Of a stretch of DNA of 64,000 nt, positions 43,765 through 51,705 are shown one piece after another (position 1 is the stretch's first letter; each line of letters opens with the position of its first letter). The notes below the pieces were generated by a model. That model worked only from the letters and a program-made list of their open reading frames with translations, did not search any database and was not told where the DNA came from. Both the position numbers and the translations under genes were made by a program. This DNA comes from an uncultured Enterobacterales bacterium (GTDB lineage: Bacteria > Myxococcota_A > UBA796 > CAJQPC01). The DNA is taken from the NCBI GenBank assembly GCA_964604165.1, contig CAZRYF010000006.1, positions 62,317 through 126,316 of the forward strand. The letters run 5' to 3'.

Positions 43765-45303
43765 ATGTCCTCGGAGAGAGGTCGGCACATTCGCTTTCTG
43801 CGGCCCCTTGGACGAGGGGGATTTGGGGCGGTGCACCTGGCGGATGTGACGACGTCCGATGGCCTGGTGCAGCGTATGGCGGTCAAGCTCCTCCACGGGG
43901 AACTTGGGCTGGACCCCGAGCTGCAGGCCCGCGCGCGGGACGAGGCCCGGCTGTTGGCCCAGGTGAACCACGACAACGTGGTGAAGGTCTTTGGGCTCAC
44001 AGAGGTGGACGGCCGGGTGGCGGTCCTGATGGAGTTTGTGGAGGGGGTGGACTGTGCCACCTTGCTCTTGCATTCCCGACGACATTCAGGTGCGGGGATG
44101 GCCCCTCGCGTTGCTGCCCGCATCTGTGAGTGTGCTGCCAGTGCGCTTCATGCGGCGTGGGCTGGGGTGTCCCCCCAGAGTGACAAGCCCTTGCACATCG
44201 TGCACCGGGACATCAAGCCCACGAACATCCTCCTTTCTCGCAGGGGGGCGGTGAAGGTCATGGACTTCGGTGTGGCCCGGGGGGAGATCGAGAGAGAGGC
44301 GGAGACCAAAGCCTATAGCTTTGGCACCCGTCGCTACATGGCTCCTGAGCGCATTCTTGATCGAACGGCGGGACATCCCTCGGATGTATATGCCCTGGGC
44401 GCCACGTTTTTTGAGCTGGTGACCGGGACACGGTTCGAGTCCCTCCCACCACGGGAAGACGCATTCGCCCGGGCACTGGCACAGCGCATTGAGGAGATCC
44501 GTGACCTGGAGGAGTCCTGGGGCACCCAGTTTGTGGGTTCGGGCTTGGGCAAGTTTCTGGCCTGGCACCCGGAGGATCGCTCGACCGCAGCCGAGGCCGA
44601 GGCCCTGTTTGGGAGCTGGGGCGATGCCCTTCCGGGACCGGAACTCCGGCGGTTTGCAAAAGAGAGAGTGCCGGGATTGTTGGAACGCCGGGAGAAGACT
44701 CTGGGAGACGACACAGCCCCCAGCGGCTCCTTTCTGACCCACCGCGGCTTCTCCGAGGTCCCCCCAACGCCTTCTCGATCGTCTTCACTGTTTCGGGGGC
44801 TGGGTCTGACGCTGGGGATTCTGGGGGTTTTTTGGGGGCTTCAACAGCGCAGGGGAGACCTGGAAGAGAAGGTGGCCCCCGCTTCGGTCTTTGAAGAGCC
44901 TGCCCCGGTGGACTTCCTGAAGCTGGATCCCCCGTCACCCGAGGTGGTGGTCCCCGAAGAGAAGCCCGTTTCGCCAGCGACTGTTCCCGTGAAGACCCCT
45001 GCTCAAAGACCTGCGGTTGCGCCGGTGTCCGGCGAGGTGAGAGCCCCCCCCGCAGATCCGAGCCCTCTCCCCGTACGGGAGCTGGACTGGGTGTCGCTGA
45101 AGATCCTTGCAGATCCGAGAGAGGGCCGGGTGGAGGTAATGGAGCTGGGTGTCGAGGTGGGAGGGCGGGTCACGCTTCCGGTCGGGCCGCACACCTTTCG
45201 CTTTTTCGGCGCGGGTTGGGATGTGGTGTGCAGGGTTTCGGTGACGCAGGCCTCCCGCCGCATCAAGTTCGTGAAGGAGGGTGGGTCTTGCGAGCTGCTT
45301 TAG
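43765..45303 (+). CDS. Eukaryote-like Ser/Thr protein kinase with a TM helix and a C-terminal extracytoplasmic domain
   Basis: Kinase motifs are LGRGGFGAV, MAVKLL, HRDIKPTNILL, DFGVAR and APE. An AGGAGCAAGGAAG SD precedes the ATG at 43765. The TM helix is GLGLTLGILGVFWGL. Confidence 0.85.
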   Translation: MSSERGRHIRFLRPLGRGGFGAVHLADVTTSDGLVQRMAVKLLHGELGLDPELQARARDEARLLAQVNHDNVVKVFGLTEVDGRVAVLMEFVEGVDCATLLLHSRRHSGAGMAPRVAARICECAASALHAAWAGVSPQSDKPLHIVHRDIKPTNILLSRRGAVKVMDFGVARGEIEREAETKAYSFGTRRYMAPERILDRTAGHPSDVYALGATFFELVTGTRFESLPPREDAFARALAQRIEEIRDLEESWGTQFVGSGLGKFLAWHPEDRSTAAEAEALFGSWGDALPGPELRRFAKERVPGLLERREKTLGDDTAPSGSFLTHRGFSEVPPTPSRSSSLFRGLGLTLGILGVFWGLQQRRGDLEEKVAPASVFEEPAPVDFLKLDPPSPEVVVPEEKPVSPATVPVKTPAQRPAVAPVSGEVRAPPADPSPLPVRELDWVSLKILADPREGRVEVMELGVEVGGRVTLPVGPHTFRFFGAGWDVVCRVSVTQASRRIKFVKEGGSCELL

Positions 45304-46079
45304 GACTTGTCTGGTGCGCCGTCCTTGCAAAGGATGCCTGGGCCGACTGCGGGGGACGGTCCCTGGAGGACCTGGCTGCAGAGGCTGTGGCGGCGGTGGT
45401 GGACGATGAGTTGGACCGGGCCGAGTCTCTGGTGGTAGCCGGCTTGCAAGAGGCCCGGTGCATCACGATCCCGGTGGAACCGCATGCCTATGCCACGCTC
45501 TGGCAGGTGCAGGCGGCGGTCTTTTTCTTTCGGGAAGACGTCGCGCTGGAGGGGGCGTTGGGCCAGGCGGTCGCAGTGTCGATGGATTGGTTCGAGCCGC
45601 GTCTTGGGGCCTCGTTGCAGGTCTTGTGGGAGGCGCCCCGCCACCGGCACACACAGCCCTCCACTGTCCGCATCGCGCCCATGATCCCCGGCGCCTCGTT
45701 GTGGGTCAATGGACAGGGACAACCGGGCGATTCCGCACAGGTCTTGCCTGGGCAGCACCTGGTGCAGGTGGTGGAGGACGGGTCGGTGGTCTTTCTCCGA
45801 ATGGTGGATCTCCGTGGGGGAGAGCAGGTCATCCTGGATGCTGGTTTCCAACAGCCTCGGCCCTCTCTCTCCCTGGTACAGAGATGTGCACTTGGAAGCA
45901 GCGCCCTGGCGGTGGCTTCGTGGGGCGGGGCGATGGCCCTGGACCGCAGGAGCCTGCAGGCCACCACCCTGGAGGCTCACGATGCCCAGTACGCAGCCTC
46001 CCGGGCGCTGGCCGGAACGGCCGTGGGCACGGCCGCCTTTTCTCTGGCTTTGTGGGGTGTGGATCGCTGGCGGCGCTGA
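45288..46079 (+). CDS. Hypothetical exported protein with a PEGA-like segment and a C-terminal TM helix
   Basis: The TTG start is preceded by a GAAGGAGG SD at optimal spacing. The signal-like N-terminus reads LRAALGLVWCAVLAKDAWA. I recognised no firm family. Confidence 0.4.
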   Translation: MRAALGLVWCAVLAKDAWADCGGRSLEDLAAEAVAAVVDDELDRAESLVVAGLQEARCITIPVEPHAYATLWQVQAAVFFFREDVALEGALGQAVAVSMDWFEPRLGASLQVLWEAPRHRHTQPSTVRIAPMIPGASLWVNGQGQPGDSAQVLPGQHLVQVVEDGSVVFLRMVDLRGGEQVILDAGFQQPRPSLSLVQRCALGSSALAVASWGGAMALDRRSLQATTLEAHDAQYAASRALAGTAVGTAAFSLALWGVDRWRR

Positions 46080-46120
46080 TTCCCATTGAGTCTTTGACTG
46101 TCAATGGGTATGCTAGTGCG

Positions 46121-46960
46121 ATGGTTGAGAGAATGCCCCTTTTCTTGCTCGTTGCACTGCTGTCAGTGGGCTGTGCATCGACCCCCATGCGTTTTCCCGG
46201 ACCCACCCGGCACATGCGTGGAACCCCGAAGCACGCGGAGTCCTCCCCCCAGAAAGAGGAGATCTCCCCGACGGCGGAGCGAAACACGGGCCGATCCACC
46301 CGAGGAGGGCGCCGGGTTGCAGCCTCGGCGTCAGCCCTGGTGGGGAAGAGCCGACTGCACACCGGGGGGACCACCTATCGGTACGACTGCTCCGGCTTTG
46401 TGGACGCCGCCCACGCCCGGGCCGGGGTGGATCTGGGCTCTCGAAATGCAGCGGCGCTCTATGACCTGGCCCGAAAGCACGGGGTCTACACGAAGAAGAA
46501 GGGCAAGCTTCGGGTGGGGGACACGGTGTTCTTCGACAACACCCACGATCGGAACCGCAACGGCCGCCAGGACGATCGCAACACCCACGTGGCGGTGGTG
46601 GAGCGTCTGGATGCAGACGGCACCGCCCACCTGGTGCACCTGGGCAGCAAAGGCGTCACCCGGATGCGCATGAACCTGTCCCATCCCGCCGTTTTCAAGA
46701 ACGCGGCGGGCAAGGAGTGGAACAGCTTTCTTCGGGCACGTAAGGGGAGGGACCCGCGCCACACTCCCTACCTGTCGGGCCAGCTCTGGAGTGGCACTGC
46801 CTCGTTGTGGGCGGTGTCAGCCGGTATCTCGCTGCACGAGGAACGGCCCCAGAATGAGGGCATCCAGATCGCTCTCTCGCCAGGCGCGGATGGCATCGTG
46901 GGGGGAGCAGACAATGGGCTCCTCGTGGCGGTTGAAGCTGGTGTTCACCAGGGCGGGTAG
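46121..46960 (+). CDS. NlpC/P60 (C40) family cell-wall hydrolase lipoprotein
   Basis: The lipobox is LLSVGC. The catalytic Cys lies in YRYDCSGFV and the catalytic His in THVAVVE. The last roughly 48 codons overlap the convergent carbamoyltransferase. Confidence 0.75.
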   Translation: MVERMPLFLLVALLSVGCASTPMRFPGPTRHMRGTPKHAESSPQKEEISPTAERNTGRSTRGGRRVAASASALVGKSRLHTGGTTYRYDCSGFVDAAHARAGVDLGSRNAAALYDLARKHGVYTKKKGKLRVGDTVFFDNTHDRNRNGRQDDRNTHVAVVERLDADGTAHLVHLGSKGVTRMRMNLSHPAVFKNAAGKEWNSFLRARKGRDPRHTPYLSGQLWSGTASLWAVSAGISLHEERPQNEGIQIALSPGADGIVGGADNGLLVAVEAGVHQGG

Positions 46961-48505
46961 TCCCGTTTTCTCGGCAAAAGCGTCCAGGATGGCGTAGAGG
47001 CTCGGGTTGTCGGCGGGGGCGAGCACCTGGGGCCGCGCGGTGCCGTCCACGTGGATCGCTCCCGCAGCGATCTCCAAAAAGGCCTCGGTGCAGTCAAAGC
47101 ACACGGTCATGAATCGGGCCGCGTCTGCAGCCTTCTGAAATCCCCGGAAGAACCGGTCAGCGTCCTTTTCGCGGACCAGGGGCGCAAAGGGCATGAACTC
47201 GGAGCGCCCCAGCTTGTCGTTGAGCCACCGGTTGACCGCGGGGTCATCCGGCCGCACCAGGAGGGAGCGGTTGCCCAGGGCCCGGGGACCAAACTCCATG
47301 CGCCCATCAAAGCGTGCCACCACCTTCCCCTGGGCCAAGAGGTCCGCGACGGCTTCCGCCAGGTTTGTCGGTTTCTCCTTGGGGAGTCTCGCCACCTGCA
47401 GCGCACGGACAAGCTCCGTCTCCCCGTAGCTTGGTCCCAGGCACAGGGTCTCGGGGCGGGCGGGAGGCGCGTGGGCTGCTGCCAGGGCTGCCCCAACCGC
47501 CAGCCCTCCGTCTCCCATGTTCGGGTAGACCCACAGGCTGTCCACGCACCGCAGCTCTGCGATGCGCTGGTTGAGCTTCACGTTGGCAAAGATTCCGCCG
47601 CACACGGCCACATCGGCCACTCCCACCTCTCGCACCCAGTGCTGGATCCAGGAGCAGACCGCCTCCTCCAGGTTGGCCTGCAGGGCGCTGGCCACTTCCT
47701 CTCGGGGGCGTTCTCGGAGGGGGGCATGGAAGGCGTCGTCCAGGCGCTGGCGTTTACGGTAGTTGGTTGTGGAGAATCCGGGGCCCACAAAGTGGAGCTG
47801 GGACTTGAAGTGGGCCCACAGATCCGGCGGGGGATCCGCCAGGGCTGCCAGCCCGGTGATCTTGCCCTCGTGGCGATTTGGGACAAATCCAAGCAGCTGC
47901 GTGATGCGCGAGTAGTAGGTGTTCAGGGCTGCAAACCCGGACTGCTGCCACACGCCGGTGAGGGATGTGCCCTCCCCTCGCCAGACCGCGCAGGTGATGC
48001 CATCCCCCATGGCATCGGCCGTGAACACAAGACAGGGATCCCGTGTCTGGGTGCGCCATGCCGCTTGGGCGTGGGCTCCGTGGTGGTCCATGAGATCCAC
48101 CGGGACTCCCTTGAAACCCAAGCTGCCGAGGCGCCTTCTCAGCAGGCGGCGGTTGGCGCGCAGCTCCAATCCCTGGAGGCCCGCAGCCCGAAGCCCCACC
48201 TGGTACACGATGTACGCGTTCAACAAGGGGTCAAACTGGTCTTGGGACTCTTTTCGCTTGTGGTGGAAACCCGGCAGGCGCCGCAGGGCAAAGGACGGCG
48301 TGAACGCGGTGCCCACCACAATGCGGTCCACATCGCTCGCCCGGTGCCCCGCAATGTCCAGCACGGCGTCGATCGCTGCGGTGGGAAAGGCCCCACTGTT
48401 CTTGATGCGGTCGAACCTCTCTTGGCCACAGGCCGCCACCAGGCGTCCGTCTTCCACCAGGGCTGCCCCAGCGTCGTGGTTGTCGGCAATGCCGAGAATC
48501 AACAT
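46817..48505 (-). CDS. Carbamoyltransferase (NodU/CmcH family)
   Basis: The family N-terminus MLILGIADNHDAGAALVEDGRLVAACGQERFDRIKNSGAFP is present, and the 562-aa product has a C-terminal carbamoyltransferase domain. Confidence 0.9.
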   Translation of the reverse strand: MLILGIADNHDAGAALVEDGRLVAACGQERFDRIKNSGAFPTAAIDAVLDIAGHRASDVDRIVVGTAFTPSFALRRLPGFHHKRKESQDQFDPLLNAYIVYQVGLRAAGLQGLELRANRRLLRRRLGSLGFKGVPVDLMDHHGAHAQAAWRTQTRDPCLVFTADAMGDGITCAVWRGEGTSLTGVWQQSGFAALNTYYSRITQLLGFVPNRHEGKITGLAALADPPPDLWAHFKSQLHFVGPGFSTTNYRKRQRLDDAFHAPLRERPREEVASALQANLEEAVCSWIQHWVREVGVADVAVCGGIFANVKLNQRIAELRCVDSLWVYPNMGDGGLAVGAALAAAHAPPARPETLCLGPSYGETELVRALQVARLPKEKPTNLAEAVADLLAQGKVVARFDGRMEFGPRALGNRSLLVRPDDPAVNRWLNDKLGRSEFMPFAPLVREKDADRFFRGFQKAADAARFMTVCFDCTEAFLEIAAGAIHVDGTARPQVLAPADNPSLYAILDAFAEKTGLPALVNTSFNRHEEPIVCSPHDAIRAWRESDLDALILGPFLVQRDTG

Positions 48506-48540
48506 GCCGGGAGCCTATCAGGCGAGATCATCTGCGCCTA

Positions 48541-50010
48541 TCAGGCCAGGACTTCCATGCCGGTTGCATCCTCTCCGAGGTTGTGTTCGCGAAGCATCTG
48601 AACGGCGGTCTGGATCGAGCGCTGTACCTCGCCAATGGACTTCATGCGGCGAAGCTGACGCAACATCATCTTGGGCCGGTAGTAGAACCGCAGGTATCCC
48701 AGGCGGGTCCAGCGCTGGATCTCTGCGTCGGTCATGTCGCAACGGGGACGGGGCACGAGCTGGTCGTGGGGTTGCAGGACAAATTCCCGCCAGTAGTCCA
48801 CGCCGGTTTCCTCGAGCATCATTGTGTACATTTCGGTGGCCGGCATGGGCGTGACCTTGGAGAACTGGGCGTAGTCCAGGTCCAGCTCAATGGCCAGTCG
48901 AATGGTCTGGCGGATGGTGGTCTCGGTCTCGTAGGGGTTGCCCACCATGAAGTACCCGAAGGTGTCGATCCCCGTCTCCCGGGTCTCCCGAACAATGCGC
49001 TTGATCTGCTCCAGGCTTGTGCTCTTCTTGAGCACCCGGAGAATCTCGCGGTTGCCGGACTCGATTCCGTAGTAGATGCGGCTGCAACCGGCGCTGGCCA
49101 TGGCTTCGAGCACGTCCTTGTTGATGCAGTCCACCCGGGTCCTGGCCGCCCAGGTCAGGGGAAGCTTCCGGCGCTTGATCTCATCGCAGATGGCGATGAC
49201 CCGGTCCTTGCGGATGGTGAACGAGCTGTCGAAGAAGTCGAGCTCCCGGATGCCGTGGTCGTGGTAGCACATCTCCAACTCGTCTACGACAAGGGTGGGG
49301 GAACGGGCCCGAAAGGCCTTGGAACCCTGCTCACAGAAGATGCACTTGTAGGGGCAACCCCGGCTCGTGATGAAGCAGCTGAAGTTCTTGTAGCGGCTGA
49401 TGAAAGAGTGGTAGAGCGTGTTGTCCAGCAGGTGCCGCGCGGGCAGGGGCGCCTGGTCCACGTCCACATCACAGGCATGTTCTGTCACCACGACCTCGTC
49501 TGATTCTTTGCCGTGCGGCCGGTAGGCAATGCCCCGGACCTCCCGCAGGTTCCCGCCGGTCTCCAGGGCGTGGAGCAGCTCGGCCAGGGACACTTCGCAC
49601 TCGCCGGTGACGGCGTAGTCAATGGAGTCGTGCGTCAAGGTCTCCCGGGGGTAGATGGACAGGTGGACGCCGCCCACAAGGGTGGGGACATCCACAAGTT
49701 CCTTGATGGCCTTGATCCAATCCAGGGTCTGGAAGAACAGGTAGGTGGTGATCGTGTAGCCGATGTAGGAGGGGCCAAATGCGCGAAGTCGCGCCACGGT
49801 CTGGTCCAGGTCCAGGCCTTCCGCGTGGGCATCGATGAGCTGCACCTCGCAGCCCGCCGCCTCCAGGATGCCCGCCACGTACAACAGCGACAGGCTGGGG
49901 AAGATCCCGTAGTTCTCCTTGACGGCTTTGATGCCGGGCTCGTTCTTCACCGGGCCGTAGGGGGGGTAGACCAGTGCTACCTTCAGGCCGTCGAGACGTG
50001 GATGCGACAT
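48541..50010 (-). CDS. B12-binding-domain radical SAM enzyme
   Basis: The ATG at 50010 gives MSHPRLDGLKVALVYPP. An N-terminal cobalamin-binding-like Rossmann segment is followed by ITSRGCPYKCIFC (CxxxCxxC). The upstream extension in the ORF track is P/R/H-rich and is not credible. Confidence 0.9.
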   Translation of the reverse strand: MSHPRLDGLKVALVYPPYGPVKNEPGIKAVKENYGIFPSLSLLYVAGILEAAGCEVQLIDAHAEGLDLDQTVARLRAFGPSYIGYTITTYLFFQTLDWIKAIKELVDVPTLVGGVHLSIYPRETLTHDSIDYAVTGECEVSLAELLHALETGGNLREVRGIAYRPHGKESDEVVVTEHACDVDVDQAPLPARHLLDNTLYHSFISRYKNFSCFITSRGCPYKCIFCEQGSKAFRARSPTLVVDELEMCYHDHGIRELDFFDSSFTIRKDRVIAICDEIKRRKLPLTWAARTRVDCINKDVLEAMASAGCSRIYYGIESGNREILRVLKKSTSLEQIKRIVRETRETGIDTFGYFMVGNPYETETTIRQTIRLAIELDLDYAQFSKVTPMPATEMYTMMLEETGVDYWREFVLQPHDQLVPRPRCDMTDAEIQRWTRLGYLRFYYRPKMMLRQLRRMKSIGEVQRSIQTAVQMLREHNLGEDATGMEVLA

Positions 50011-50028
50011 AGTGAGACTCCGGGTTGA

Positions 50029-51690
50029 ATGATAGCTGACCCGGTGCCATCCAGGAGGTTTGCCGTTCAGTCTCCCATTTTCCAGGCGCGGCAGCATTGG
50101 TTTCTGGGCGTGGCGCTGCTTGGGTTCTTCACGTGGCAGACAATGGCCTGGTCTGCCCTGAACGGTCGAATGGACGGGTACCAGAACGAGTTTCTCCACG
50201 TGGGGAATGCTCTGGACTTCTGGGTGGCCTTTGTAGACCGAGACCTCTACCACCTGGGCCACTTTTTTGAGACCTACCCCTGGCCGCCTGGCTTTTATGC
50301 CTGGCCCTGGCCGCTCTTTGCCTTGGGGGGCGCGAACCACAAGATGATGGTGCTCTCCAACCTGGGCCACCTGGCGGTTCTGCTGGGGGCCACCTATGGG
50401 TTGGGGGCGCACGTAAGCCGGCGGGTGGGTCTCCTCTCCATGGGGATCGTGGCCCTCTATCCGTCCATCTATGGAAACCTCGTGCGCTTTGAGCCCAACG
50501 TGGCTGCGACCGCATGGGTCACCGTGTGTGCCCTGGCCCTGGTTCGGTGTCGGTCCTTCCAAAGCAACACGGGGTCCCTTGTTCTTGGGGTGCTGCTTGG
50601 AGCGGGGCTTTGGATGGATCGGATGACGGTGGGCATGTTTCTGCTGGTGCCGGTGTGCGTGGAAGCCCTCCGAGGCTTGTCCGGGCCTCACCACAAGAGG
50701 GTCCTGCGAAACGGTCTTCGCGCGGGCGGCCTTGTGCTGCTTCTGGCGGGGGCCTGGTACTGGGGGTTTCTCCGAAACCACCTCCCCGAGCTGGTGGAGC
50801 AGCTTCCCATTGGCGAGGTGGACTCCACCGGTCGCTTGACGGAACACCGGGAGCCGCTCTCCGCGACAAGCCTGCTGTTCTATCCGGCGAGCCTAATGGA
50901 TGGGCAGGCTGGCCTGGTTCCGGGGCTCCTTGGATTGCTGGCGTTGGCCCGGTGGGGAGCCGCCCGAGGGCGCCACAACCGGGTGCCGGGGACGGTCGTT
51001 CTGTGGGGGATGGTGCTGTTTACCGTCATCCAGAAGAAGCAGGTCTACTACACCATCCCGATGCTGGGTTGTCTGTCGGTGTTGACCGCCGCCTGGCTGT
51101 GTCGCATGCGGCGCGGCGGTGTGGTTCTCACCGTCGTCTTGTTTGTGGCGGGCCTTCACCAGGTGGGTTTTCGCATGTGGGACAAGGGGCTGCCCCTTCC
51201 CACCGGTGCTGGGCAGCTGCTGGGGGGAGAGGTGCTGGGGGATGCATGGGTGGCCCCCCGGTACCCCCAGGCAACTCCTCCGCGGGATCACAGGTGGCCC
51301 GCTGAAGAGGTGGCTGGAGTTCTTCCTCCCGGTGAGGTGCTGGTGTTCAGCGAGGACTCTGACTGGTACGAGGGATACCTGGTGTTGTCCTTGAGGGAGC
51401 AGCTGCCCGGTCGCCGAATCCGCGGGGTGCTGGGAGACCCACAGGGCACCTACGAGTGGTACCGAACCGCCACGTCATTTCTCTACCTGGCCTCAGATTC
51501 GGATGTGCACTGGCCGGATGCAGCCCGCATTCACCGGGCCCTCCGTGAAGAGCATTACCAGATCGGGGACCTGCCCCCGGTGGGGGACGTCCTCGCGGAA
51601 CAGCGAAATGGTTTTCGGCAAGTGGGGTCCTGGCCACTCCGCGGTGGGGTGACCCTGCGGGCCTTCCGGCGGGTGGGCTCGAACGAGTGA
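50029..51690 (+). CDS. GT-C fold membrane glycosyltransferase (ArnT/PMT_2-like) with a C-terminal soluble domain
   Basis: The 553-aa product has about 9-11 TM segments. The first periplasmic loop carries YQNEFLHVGNALDFW...DRDLYH. It is divergent from the rSAM gene with an 18-nt gap. Confidence 0.55.
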   Translation: MIADPVPSRRFAVQSPIFQARQHWFLGVALLGFFTWQTMAWSALNGRMDGYQNEFLHVGNALDFWVAFVDRDLYHLGHFFETYPWPPGFYAWPWPLFALGGANHKMMVLSNLGHLAVLLGATYGLGAHVSRRVGLLSMGIVALYPSIYGNLVRFEPNVAATAWVTVCALALVRCRSFQSNTGSLVLGVLLGAGLWMDRMTVGMFLLVPVCVEALRGLSGPHHKRVLRNGLRAGGLVLLLAGAWYWGFLRNHLPELVEQLPIGEVDSTGRLTEHREPLSATSLLFYPASLMDGQAGLVPGLLGLLALARWGAARGRHNRVPGTVVLWGMVLFTVIQKKQVYYTIPMLGCLSVLTAAWLCRMRRGGVVLTVVLFVAGLHQVGFRMWDKGLPLPTGAGQLLGGEVLGDAWVAPRYPQATPPRDHRWPAEEVAGVLPPGEVLVFSEDSDWYEGYLVLSLREQLPGRRIRGVLGDPQGTYEWYRTATSFLYLASDSDVHWPDAARIHRALREEHYQIGDLPPVGDVLAEQRNGFRQVGSWPLRGGVTLRAFRRVGSNE

Positions 51691-51705
51691 ACCCGAGTGC
51701 CACGA

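Noticed and set aside
48513-48546. An 11-bp direct repeat GCCTATCAGGC, present twice and spaced 23 bp apart, between the rSAM stop and the carbamoyltransferase start.
   Set aside because: It is short and could arise by chance or by a small duplication of the stop region (TGATAG on the coding strand). No further copies were noticed and no functional inference is possible.
47051-48601. Long antisense ORFs opposite well-supported genes: 47051..48601 +, 16580..17839 -, 25160..26287 +, 41556..42608 +, 35077..36030 -, 31031..32695 - and 20393..21244 -.
   Set aside because: All show the R/P/G/H/Q-rich or V/L/G-rich composition typical of non-coding frames in high-GC DNA. They lack motifs and overlap genes with clear family signatures.
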